This document shows positions 37,466-47,300 of a stretch of 64,000 nucleotides of DNA, in pieces; positions within the stretch are counted from its first letter, which is position 1; each line of letters opens with the position of its first letter. The stretch lies in sequence record OQ708376.1, one strand, 5' to 3'. The notes under the pieces were generated by a model. That model searched no databases. It was given only the letters and a program-made list of their open reading frames with translations, and was not told the DNA's origin. A program made the translations under genes and the position numbers.

Positions 37466-38566
37466 ATGAGTGTTAATTATACAATTTATAGAAGTAATGG
37501 TAGTGTTTATGCTACCATTCCAAATAATGTTATTTTAGGACCAAACCAGCCCGGAAGTAACCCAGTTCCGTTAAATTTAGTTGGTAGAAATAAAGTAAGT
37601 TACGGTCAAGCGTGGAATGAAAACTTTTTACATTTAGTTGAAAATTTCAGTTCAGCATCTGCACCACGTGGCAACGTCAATGGTCAACTTTGGTATAGAA
37701 ACACTGGTAGTACTGGTGAGTTATTGATATCATTAGTTGATAATGCTAGACAACCTGCTGATATGGTAAGTGAAGCTGAATGGGCGTCTATCCCTATGAT
37801 TACTGTTTTTAACACAGTACCTGATGGTGAAAATAGTGTTATGGGTCGTATGGTATTAACTAGTAACGGTGATTCTCTTCGTGTGTTAATGAAAAACAAA
37901 GAATGGCGTGAAATTCAAACATCTAGACCAGAAAACAAAGAGTATTCATCATTATTAGATATTAACTATGATAATGGTAAAAAATATATAGAGTTCACAC
38001 AAAGTAATAGTACTAAACCGATTGCGTATTTTAACTTAGGTGGTACTTCACAAGTAGATACAAATAACTGGACAACATTAACTAATGGTACTGGTGTCTT
38101 TGAATTTGGTAGCAACTATTTCTATGAATTAAAAATTATGATTAGAGAAGTAAATGATTCTTCTGGTGAGATAGTTTCTCTTCCATACAATTCCAAAACC
38201 TTTTTTATAAAAGGGCAATTTTATGTAGATAATCAAGGAACTTTTGTTCCTGGTTCGGTGGGGGCAAGTCAAATGCCAGACCCACGTAGGATTACACAAT
38301 TAGAATCCATTAAAGATGTTATTACCAGTAGTCGCCCAAACTGGGACGTAAATATTGTTATTAATGGTGTAGATCCATCTATCCCAAATCCTAATGGAAC
38401 ATCTAAAGCTGATTATGAAAATTGGGTTATCAATTCTCTAAACTCAAATAAAAATTTAGGTTTTCGAGTTGATGGTAGTATTAGTAATCTAACTGCTGGT
38501 GAATCCGTTAAACTACAAGCATCCGTGTTGTTAAATATTACAGGTATTCCGATTATTGGAGTATAA
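37466..38566 (+). CDS. baseplate/fibre-attachment structural protein
   Basis: N-terminal Y.I...NG......LVGRN...YGQ..NENFLHLVENF...SAP...GQLWY motif. Confidence 0.65.
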   Translation: MSVNYTIYRSNGSVYATIPNNVILGPNQPGSNPVPLNLVGRNKVSYGQAWNENFLHLVENFSSASAPRGNVNGQLWYRNTGSTGELLISLVDNARQPADMVSEAEWASIPMITVFNTVPDGENSVMGRMVLTSNGDSLRVLMKNKEWREIQTSRPENKEYSSLLDINYDNGKKYIEFTQSNSTKPIAYFNLGGTSQVDTNNWTTLTNGTGVFEFGSNYFYELKIMIREVNDSSGEIVSLPYNSKTFFIKGQFYVDNQGTFVPGSVGASQMPDPRRITQLESIKDVITSSRPNWDVNIVINGVDPSIPNPNGTSKADYENWVINSLNSNKNLGFRVDGSISNLTAGESVKLQASVLLNITGIPIIGV

Positions 38567-38592
38567 AAAAAGGAGCCACACGGCTCCTTTTT
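38567..38592. terminator. bidirectional terminator
   Basis: AAAAAGGAGCC-ACAC-GGCTCCTTTTT. Confidence 0.9.
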
Positions 38593-38595
38593 GTT

Positions 38596-39060
38596 TTAAT
38601 ATCTATATGGTAAACTGTTGACAAACTGTGTACCTTCACGTATACTTTCCCATAGTGAGTAAAAATCTTTCATTAAGTTTGTGTTAAGTAAAGTATTTTT
38701 AGCACCAGGGTGTAATGGTTTAGGCCAAGAACCAATTCTAACCCAAGCATAACCAGAGCTTTCATGATTTAAAGTTGGTACAAATTCATTCTCAACTACA
38801 ATAACAAATGAATAATATTTAAATTTACCATTTTTTGTACAAAATACATCAAACGGTATAATATCAATAATGTTAGGTATTGAGTTGCCCAACTCTTCTT
38901 TAATTTCTCGCATCAGACCTTGTAGTGGTGTTTCGTTATGTTCAAGCTTTCCACCAACAAATGCCCAGTTGTTAGAATAGGTACTTCTTTCAGAACGCAA
39001 GTTTAACATCATATGTCCAGTACTTTTTGATAAAAATATAGCACCAACCGCTTCATTCAT
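38596..39060 (-). CDS. Nudix hydrolase
   Basis: Nudix box GGKLEHNETPLQGLMREIKEELG; AVGAIF; LNHES.GYAW; LHPG. Confidence 0.9.
   Translation of the reverse strand: MNEAVGAIFLSKSTGHMMLNLRSERSTYSNNWAFVGGKLEHNETPLQGLMREIKEELGNSIPNIIDIIPFDVFCTKNGKFKYYSFVIVVENEFVPTLNHESSGYAWVRIGSWPKPLHPGAKNTLLNTNLMKDFYSLWESIREGTQFVNSLPYRY
38618..38646 (+). promoter_or_regulatory. near-consensus sigma70 promoter antisense to the Nudix gene
   Basis: TTGACA(38618-38623)-N17-TATACT(38641-38646). Confidence 0.5.
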
Positions 39061-39073
39061 AACAACACCTCCT

Positions 39074-40417
39074 TTATTTGTCAGTGAAAGTTATTTTCCA
39101 ATATCCCTGACGATACACAGGCATGATACTTTTATGCCATTTAAATTTGTCATTATATCTATAATAACCATTGTCTTCTTTATTATAAATGTAATTTCGT
39201 ACAGTAGATGGATCAATTAATTGTGCACCGTCATTTGTAATTTTAAACAAATAATTTGATGGGATTTCGGTTTCTTTATAAATGATGTTATGTATACTGT
39301 TATTTACATAATATTGTTCAGGTAATGCACTTGAAAGTACTGAATCTTTCTGCACAAACCCATGTATAGTGTAATCAACAGTATAATTGGTATTATCAAG
39401 CTGTACTATAATTTTGTTGGCATCTTCATTTTCACCATACGACGCTATATGACCTTTTAGTGGGTTGTCTTCTTCAATAGATTGTTGAAATTTAATCCCT
39501 ACTTTTTTGTCATCAAAATTTGGTTCTAGATATTTAAGATATTTTTCCCATGAATATATTCCACCGTTGGGAGAAACCGCAGATAGCGATTGGCTAACCA
39601 AGGTAAGTTGGTATGTATCAGGTAAATTATACTTGGAATTAGTAATTTCTTCAACTTTAATGCATAAATTCTTGGGTGTAAAAACATCTGTTATTATATC
39701 TGAATAATTTCCCATTTCAAAATCAAATTCGTCACGAGCACCTTTAATATTTGTAGTAATCTGTTGGATTAATTTTGGTTTTTCAACAATAGCTGGTAAA
39801 GAAAACCATATTGTCGTTTCAAATGTTAAAACCATTATATCCAAATCTGGGTCAGTTCCTTGTGGAAAACCACGAGTAGAAAACTGACAATCTATTAGTT
39901 CAACATCACTAAGCGATGTCCAATCTAACGGGTTATCAGATAATTGAAGTTGTATACTAGGTGCAAACAAAGTTGAGATTTGTTCGAATAATTCCATTTT
40001 AGTTTGAGTTTGAGTTACCCAAATATTCAAATCAAACGTAAAAGTCCAAGGTACTGGGTTATGTCTTACAATTTTGTATTGTGTGTCAAGATCTTTTGTG
40101 TACTCATTAATAGCAGGGGACTTGTTAGACCCCATTACTATAGTTTCGTTGGCATTAGAACGAATATTTTTACGATCCAACTTTAGTTGATTAACACTTA
40201 TGGTCATTATAGGTGCTGATGGGAGAACATTTTCACTATTCCCATTTATAATTGCTGCTGCCATTCTTGAAATATCGGCATAGCGACATGGAACCTTTTT
40301 GTATTTTGGGTTTCCATTAGCATCAATACCATTTTGTACTTGAAATTCACCAAAAACTCTGATAAGATGTTTCAGTACTCTGCGAAATTGACCGTCATAA
40401 TAATAATCTATTTTCAT
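39074..40417 (-). CDS. tail sheath stabiliser / tail terminator (T4 gp15-like)
   Basis: YYYDGQFRR....IRVFGEF, KVPCRYA, P..TI, NPVPWTFTFDLNIW, ELFEQISTLFAP. Confidence 0.85.
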   Translation of the reverse strand: MKIDYYYDGQFRRVLKHLIRVFGEFQVQNGIDANGNPKYKKVPCRYADISRMAAAIINGNSENVLPSAPIMTISVNQLKLDRKNIRSNANETIVMGSNKSPAINEYTKDLDTQYKIVRHNPVPWTFTFDLNIWVTQTQTKMELFEQISTLFAPSIQLQLSDNPLDWTSLSDVELIDCQFSTRGFPQGTDPDLDIMVLTFETTIWFSLPAIVEKPKLIQQITTNIKGARDEFDFEMGNYSDIITDVFTPKNLCIKVEEITNSKYNLPDTYQLTLVSQSLSAVSPNGGIYSWEKYLKYLEPNFDDKKVGIKFQQSIEEDNPLKGHIASYGENEDANKIIVQLDNTNYTVDYTIHGFVQKDSVLSSALPEQYYVNNSIHNIIYKETEIPSNYLFKITNDGAQLIDPSTVRNYIYNKEDNGYYRYNDKFKWHKSIMPVYRQGYWKITFTDK

Positions 40418-41907
40418 TCTGTGTCCTTATGTATGCGATAAACAGTATTAGGTTTAACTGCGTCATGTAATGGAACTTTGTTATCACTATTTACAAACTG
40501 TGTAAGTGCTAAGTCTGCACCTTCCCACGGTTTTCTTCCACCATAATCAAAAATAACCCATGAATTCTTAGTTGCATTGAATTCCCATAACGTAACTGGA
40601 GTATAATCGGTGCGATAGAAATAGTCACCATCTACTGCATCAGTTGGGAACATATTTCCTTCAGGGACTGTACCTCGTGCTGGTGGAATTTTAGGACGAT
40701 AATCTTGTTGCGAATCAATATTACCATATACACAATTGGACGTGAATGGTTCATTGACATAAGTTACCTTTGGTTCCCCCCACTTGTCATCATTATACTG
40801 ATAAATGTGTGGTTCTTTATAAAAAATACAAAAATCTTCCACATCTTCTGGTGGAACATCACTGGTAGTATATTCTACATCACAATTTAACCATTTTTTA
40901 GCACTTTTATCATATTGATACAACGTATAACCTGTCACATCTGCGTCATTTTCTTTAAAGAAGAAGTCACCATCCATTGGTTTTCTGGGAAAGATGGTTC
41001 CACGCTTGACTTCCACAGAAATCCATGTATCATTAACAAACTCTTTGAGTACTGGGTATGTTTTTTTCAAAAAATACATTCCATCGGCAGGTTCTTCTGG
41101 AAAATCATAACCGTTAAGCATATATTTTGATAAATCTACTGTATCAGGTCGATCATCATACAAATGTTCGTTTGTATAATGAATATAGGGTACTTCATCA
41201 TCAGCTTGCATGATGATACGGTTCATGATATCCATTTCATTGCCATAGTTACTGTTTTCCGACGAACCATCATCGGTATTTCCATTACCATTATTAGGGT
41301 CATCTGGATTATCAGGATAATTATTGTTACCGAGTAAATCGGAGTACTCAGGTGAGTCGGTTAGCGGTTTAACTCTAAGTTTATAAATGTGATGTTGCCA
41401 CGTAACCGAGTATCCCTCAGATGTACGAAATGCATCTTGGACGACATAGAAGCGGTTTAGACCTGTATCTTTACCCAATACATCAAAATCACGTAAATTT
41501 GGTAGTTCTATCACATCCCCTGGCATGATTTTTCTACCTAAACGCTGCATCATTGTATTATAATGGATTGTGATGTCCATAGTGTTGAAATTAAAGAACA
41601 ATCCTGGGATTTTCAAGTCTGGAGTTGCTTCTTGAACTTGATAGACACAACTAAGTGTGATAGCTTCAAGGTTGTAGTTTCTGTTTGGTGTGTCACCAAA
41701 AATTAAATCGCCAATACTTGACACAACTGATCCTGAAGATGTATAATCACCTCCATAGGATAAGTCAGTGTTGTCAGCAACTTGTTTTGGACCGACATAT
41801 GCATAAAGCCACATGTCAACTCCACCAATGTTGTATTGTTCAGCAATGGCAGAATCAATGAACTTGTAATCATTGGTTCTACCTTTTTTCCACATTCTAT
41901 ATGTCAT
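40414..41907 (-). CDS. neck protein (T4 gp14-like) with C-terminal extension
   Basis: ATG 41907 after GGAG; DYKFID..IAEQ..IGG, LGRKIMPGDVIELP, YVVQDA...EGY..TW..HIYKL; TAAATA at 41939-41944. Confidence 0.75.
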   Translation of the reverse strand: MTYRMWKKGRTNDYKFIDSAIAEQYNIGGVDMWLYAYVGPKQVADNTDLSYGGDYTSSGSVVSSIGDLIFGDTPNRNYNLEAITLSCVYQVQEATPDLKIPGLFFNFNTMDITIHYNTMMQRLGRKIMPGDVIELPNLRDFDVLGKDTGLNRFYVVQDAFRTSEGYSVTWQHHIYKLRVKPLTDSPEYSDLLGNNNYPDNPDDPNNGNGNTDDGSSENSNYGNEMDIMNRIIMQADDEVPYIHYTNEHLYDDRPDTVDLSKYMLNGYDFPEEPADGMYFLKKTYPVLKEFVNDTWISVEVKRGTIFPRKPMDGDFFFKENDADVTGYTLYQYDKSAKKWLNCDVEYTTSDVPPEDVEDFCIFYKEPHIYQYNDDKWGEPKVTYVNEPFTSNCVYGNIDSQQDYRPKIPPARGTVPEGNMFPTDAVDGDYFYRTDYTPVTLWEFNATKNSWVIFDYGGRKPWEGADLALTQFVNSDNKVPLHDAVKPNTVYRIHKDTE

Positions 41908-41949
41908 GATTGTCTCCAAAATAAATCGGGTATATCTTTATTTACCTTG

Positions 41950-41977
41950 TAGACAAACCGTAAGAATGTGATATAAT
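41950..41977 (+). promoter_or_regulatory. early-type promoter for clpA
   Basis: TAGACA-N16-TATAAT with ATGTGA immediately before the -10. Confidence 0.7.
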
Positions 41978-42017
41978 GTTTATTAATTAGAGTGACGTGA
42001 ATCACATAGGAGAATAC

Positions 42018-44306
42018 ATGAATCTTACTCAATTGTTCAAAAAAAGCGACGAACTGGCAACATCTCTAGGTCATACATTCTTGACTATTGACCACGTAAG
42101 TGCCACAGTACTGACTATTGATAGCATCAAGAACGTATTTGAAGATATGAACATTGATGCAGACAAACTGCACAACCGCCTAATGAACTATCTTAAAAAT
42201 ACAACAGTTCCACATGCACCAAAAAGTGTTAAAGATGAAGACGCGAATCGCACTTCACTTCTAGTGAATCGCGTTGTACATGAGCTTTCTAAAAAATCAG
42301 TTATTGAACAACTAAAAAGTGATGATTTTTCGATTGATGCATATTTTGTTCTATTCGAATGTCTGTCTTTCCCTAACACAGCACTAGAAGCTGCGTTAAA
42401 AGAAGAAGGTGTTAGCTGTACTGAAGCTGCACGTGCATTACAGAAACACGTTGAGTCACTTGATAAGGGTATCAACTTACAAAGTATTAATGACGAACCG
42501 ATTGGAGATAAAAAAGTGGCCCAACAGCAGCAATCATCTAAACAAAAAGGTTTGGAAGACTATACAACGAATCTAACTGCTCTTGCAAAAGAAGGCAAAC
42601 TAGATCCTATGATTGGTCGCCAGAAAGAATTGTCTGCATTGATTGAGACTCTTGCTCGCAAAACCAAAAAGAATGCTATTCTCACTGGTGAAGCTGGTGT
42701 AGGTAAAACACAAATCATCGACGGGCTTGCACAAGCTATTGCTGATGGTAACGTACCTGAACACCTAAAAGACGTTGAAATTCTTTCACTAAATGTTGGT
42801 GCATTGACTGCTGGTACTAAGTATCGTGGTGAATTTGAAGAACGCATCGACAATTTGCTAAAAGAACTAAAGAAACGTGAAAATACTATTGTTTTCATTG
42901 ATGAAATTCATATTATGGTTGGGGCTGGTTCCGCAAGTAATGGTTCTATGGACATGAGCAATATGCTTAAGCCAGCACTTTCACGTGGTGAGATTCGTGT
43001 AATTGGTGCAACAACATATGATGAATATCGTAAAAATATCGAGAAAGATAGTGCATTAACTCGTCGTTTTATGAAAATTGACGTAGTTGAGCCGACAATT
43101 GATGAAACTCGTGCAATTGTTAATGGTTTGAAACCAACGTATGAAAAATTCCATAATGTTGAGTTCACATCTGATGCAATGGATGCTGTAATTTCTCTCA
43201 GTGATAAATTCCTGAAGAATAAGCACTTCCCAGATAAAGCAATTGATCTAATGGATGCTGCTGCGGCTAAAGTTCGTTCACGTGACAACAATAGTAAGCT
43301 TATTACTTCCAATTTGATTCAAGAAGTTGTTGCTGGTATTGCCAATTTGGATATCAACGTGGTTGCATGTACTGAAAGTGATCGTATGCGTAATCTACCA
43401 GATGCACTACGCTCACGTGTATACGGTCAAGAGGAAGCTATTCAAAAATTAGTTGATAACGTGATGGTAGCTCGTGCAGGACTGCGTGACAAATCTAGTG
43501 TTCAGGGTGCATTTATGTTTGTTGGACCATCTGGTACTGGTAAAACAGAAATTACCAAAGCATTAGCAGACGCAACTGGTGCGGAACTCATTCGCTTTGA
43601 TATGTCAGAATTTTCTCAAGAACATACTGTTTCTAAACTAATTGGTTCACCTCCAGGTTATGTTGGTCATGATTCTGGTAACGGTTTACTGTTGGATAAA
43701 ATTGAGCAGTTCCCTAATGCAGTACTGTTACTTGATGAAATTGAAAAAGCAGATCGTAAAGTACTACTAACCTTCCTACAGGTTTTGGATGAAGGTCGTC
43801 TGACTGGTTCTCAAGGTAAAACTGTATATTTTAATAACGTAACTGTTATTATGACTACAAACCTTGGTGCGGCTGATTCAACAAAGCGTAGCATTGGTAT
43901 GAGCGGTAGTGACACTGCACAGGACAAGGCAATTAAAGCATTCTTGCCACCAGAGTTTATTAACCGTATTGATAGTATCGTTACGTTTAAAGACCTAAGC
44001 AGTGAAGCTATTGACAGCATCATTGATAAGTTCATGGGTGGTTTGAATGAACAAGTCAAAGACCGTAATGTTAAAGTTACATTGACAAAAGCTGCACGTG
44101 AATGGCTTGCGAAAAATGGGGTAAAAGTTGGTATGGGTGCACGTCCAATGAAACGTACCATTGAACAAAACATTCGTGTACCACTAGCTAAAGAAATGTT
44201 GTGTGGTTCACTTGTGAATGGTGGTAACATTACATTTGATGTTATTGATGGTAAAATCGGTATTAAGCCGAAACGTACCAAAGCTGTAGATAAAGCACTA
44301 GTATAA
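42018..44306 (+). CDS. clpA: ClpA-like AAA+ protease ATPase subunit
   Basis: Clp N-domain ([10 protein letters not shown]); AAA1 [35 protein letters not shown]; AAA2 [22 protein letters not shown]; no M-domain; ATG 42018 after GGAG. Confidence 0.9.
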   Translation: MNLTQLFKKSDELATSLGHTFLTIDHVSATVLTIDSIKNVFEDMNIDADKLHNRLMNYLKNTTVPHAPKSVKDEDANRTSLLVNRVVHELSKKSVIEQLKSDDFSIDAYFVLFECLSFPNTALEAALKEEGVSCTEAARALQKHVESLDKGINLQSINDEPIGDKKVAQQQQSSKQKGLEDYTTNLTALAKEGKLDPMIGRQKELSALIETLARKTKKNAILTGEAGVGKTQIIDGLAQAIADGNVPEHLKDVEILSLNVGALTAGTKYRGEFEERIDNLLKELKKRENTIVFIDEIHIMVGAGSASNGSMDMSNMLKPALSRGEIRVIGATTYDEYRKNIEKDSALTRRFMKIDVVEPTIDETRAIVNGLKPTYEKFHNVEFTSDAMDAVISLSDKFLKNKHFPDKAIDLMDAAAAKVRSRDNNSKLITSNLIQEVVAGIANLDINVVACTESDRMRNLPDALRSRVYGQEEAIQKLVDNVMVARAGLRDKSSVQGAFMFVGPSGTGKTEITKALADATGAELIRFDMSEFSQEHTVSKLIGSPPGYVGHDSGNGLLLDKIEQFPNAVLLLDEIEKADRKVLLTFLQVLDEGRLTGSQGKTVYFNNVTVIMTTNLGAADSTKRSIGMSGSDTAQDKAIKAFLPPEFINRIDSIVTFKDLSSEAIDSIIDKFMGGLNEQVKDRNVKVTLTKAAREWLAKNGVKVGMGARPMKRTIEQNIRVPLAKEMLCGSLVNGGNITFDVIDGKIGIKPKRTKAVDKALV

Positions 44307-44312
44307 AAAAAG

Positions 44313-44342
44313 AAAAGGAGAGCATAATGCTCTCCTTTTTTT
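44313..44342. terminator. bidirectional terminator
   Basis: AAAAGGAGAGCA-TAA-TGCTCTCCTTTT with flanking A and T tracts. Confidence 0.9.
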
Positions 44343-44343
44343 A

Positions 44344-47300
44344 TTACTTAACTAATAATATATTTTTAATATCATTACCACTAACTTGTAGACTATCAGT
44401 GTATACTGAAAGATCTATAGTGTAACTATTTTGTGTGTAACGTTTTAACATATCATAATTACCTAAATTAATTCCATTGAAAGAATATGTAGTATTAAGT
44501 TTAAAATCATGTTCTGCACTATACATTACACCACGGAGTAAATTATTTGCATTTCTAACTTCAACTTTTTCATATCCAATCGATATAATATCATTCATGT
44601 TTGCGGCTGAACCGGATAAAACATTATTTCTAATACTATAAGGACTTATTGATTTAGGTTGAGAAACATAGGTTGTATTTTCTTCACTAATGGTTGTGAT
44701 GTTAGTAACAGTACCACCAACAACACCGATATACATACCGTCAACCATTGGGAATCCATAAACCCATATCCCTTCATTATTTCTAAACGGTTGAATAACA
44801 CTTGAATCATATTCGATAACGTTGATTTCTAAACTATCAGTCATTTTAGTTCTTGCCAATTCACTAAGAACTCCCGCACCCGTAATTGGTAAGTTATAAC
44901 CGTTATCGATAGTAATTCCATCAACATCAAATATTTCATTAGAGATTATCCAAACGTCAACGTCATCTGGTGTTATTCCGTCATTGTACTTACCACCATT
45001 TAAAGTAGTATCGTAGAAAACATCATAATTAATTACATCAATGGTGTAATTTCTATTTTGTTCATACAATTTAATACCATTCTTGACAAATTCAGGGTCA
45101 GCAAATGTTCTAACACGAACAATGTTCAATGCTAGAGGCTGTACTGGCTCATTTTGTTGTGCAAGAGTGATGTTATCATAACGGAGAACTGCACCAGTAC
45201 TCTCATCAATCAATTCAATCGTTTCCTTACCTGTATTTCTTACAGTGAATAGGATCGGAGTTGTATTGTTTTTGATGTTAGATACACGCAAGATTGTTTC
45301 CCATGTGTGATTTTGATATCTCACAAAATCTTCACCATCAGGAGTGAAAATCATCACCTTATCACCATCAGATAGGTCATTGTCAACTATTTCTGCTTCA
45401 GTTAAGCTATTAATAGATCTCACACGATAGAAATATTTTTCATCAAACTTCGATGTTGTTTTATTAATATCATTTTCAATCTTAGCATATGAAGGAATAC
45501 TTACAATTGCTTCTGTATGTTTATATGGATTGATAATTGCCATACCTTCAGTTTGATATCTGCTGTTATCACGTAATTGTACAAGAGATACATTGTCAAA
45601 CCCATATCCATCAACTGTAAATCTAATTTGACCTACATCACGCCCAGAAGGGTTTATGTCAGATATATCCACAATATAAGGATCAACTTCATCATCTTTA
45701 ACTTCCCATTTTATTGAAGAAGTTTGAGATTCCAATGCTAGGTTATCAAATGCATTCATATCATTGAAGTACTTAGCTTCAGTAATACTATCAAGTATAT
45801 ATTGATAATCAGAATACATTGGATTATTTTGATCTAGTGGTAAATCATCAAGATTTATTTCAGCTAGTTCAACCATTTCACCATTTGTGATAAAATAATC
45901 TTCCATGAAATCATCAATACTTTGTTCATCAGGTATACTTTGATATACACCGTTAACATTTAAGTAAACATATTTTCGTGGAATCATTGTAATTGCATAG
46001 ATATCAATTGGGGTCTTACTAAGAATCTCTTCAGCTTTTTCGTACTTATCAGTAGCGTCTTTGTCGAATAACCCTCTCATACCTGCTAATACGTGAATAG
46101 CATCAGTATAGAAACGGGTATCACCACCTACTTCATCATAACGATAAACATATACACCATACTCAACTTCAAGTTTAACTTTTACTTCATAGTCTGATGC
46201 GTCAGGATTTTTATCTTTAATTAATGAAATGTATTTTTGATACAATTCACTGCTTATTTCAAAATATCCATAGTTATAATCATTACTAGAAGAAAAGCCT
46301 AATGGAAGTCTAGTACTAGGATTGTCATTATAAGTAAGTCCACTAAATCCACATCCAACTTCATCGTGAATTTTCTCATCACTTATATCTTTATAAAGTT
46401 TCAAACGGTTTGCCAATGTGTTATACTGAACATATTGTCTAAGGTCAGTAAACATATCGTTATGCGTTGATTCTTTATAAACACGTTCCAATGTAGCAGT
46501 GAATTCATCAGTTGCTTCTAAATCTTCCGCATGGTCTTTATACCACTGGTTAACGCCATATGCTGTTCCTAGTGTTACATCCAATTCTGGATAGTAGATT
46601 TGCATTTGATAAGCAATAAGAAGATCGAAAGTTTCTTCACTATATTCTGGGAAAGAATATATATAACGTTGTAATTCATAGTTACTAACAGCATCCTTTT
46701 CATTGGATTGATATTTGTTATTAACACTTACTAATTCATTTATGCTTGCCAAATCTTCATTTGGTTTACACTGAATATTATCATAATGCATAATAATATC
46801 AATTTCTTGGAATCTTCTATTTGGTGTAACGAAATCACTTGGTAGTGAACCTACCTGTTCCCATTTTTGGGTAATTTCATTAAATTGAGCGTACTCATAA
46901 TCCCAAATATCTTTTTCAGTTTTGATCCAAGAACCATCAACGAAAATATATCCATTAGGATCTAAATCATTACATAGACCTTTTATTAAATCATCATCAG
47001 ATGTCTTTTGCTCTATTTGTGAACGAATTTTAGTTCTATAAGGTTTAACTTCTTCAAAATATTCAACAATTTGATTAATCAAATTATCGTTTGAATAGTT
47101 TTGAACTAATGATTGTTCCAAACCAACAATATAGATATATGATGTTTTAAATACCCAATCCACAACACTTTGTTCAACATGTACATATTTGACCATATCA
47201 AAAACAATTTCGCTTTGATGTAAATCGAAAGAATTTTTGAGTAAAGCTAGTGCTTTACGAACGTTGATTTCACGATTGCTTAGTGAACCATTATCATTAT

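Noticed and set aside
42188-44281. Minus-strand ORFs of 95-156 aa inside clpA
   Set aside because: Fully overlapped by a well-supported ClpA gene; no motifs or RBS.
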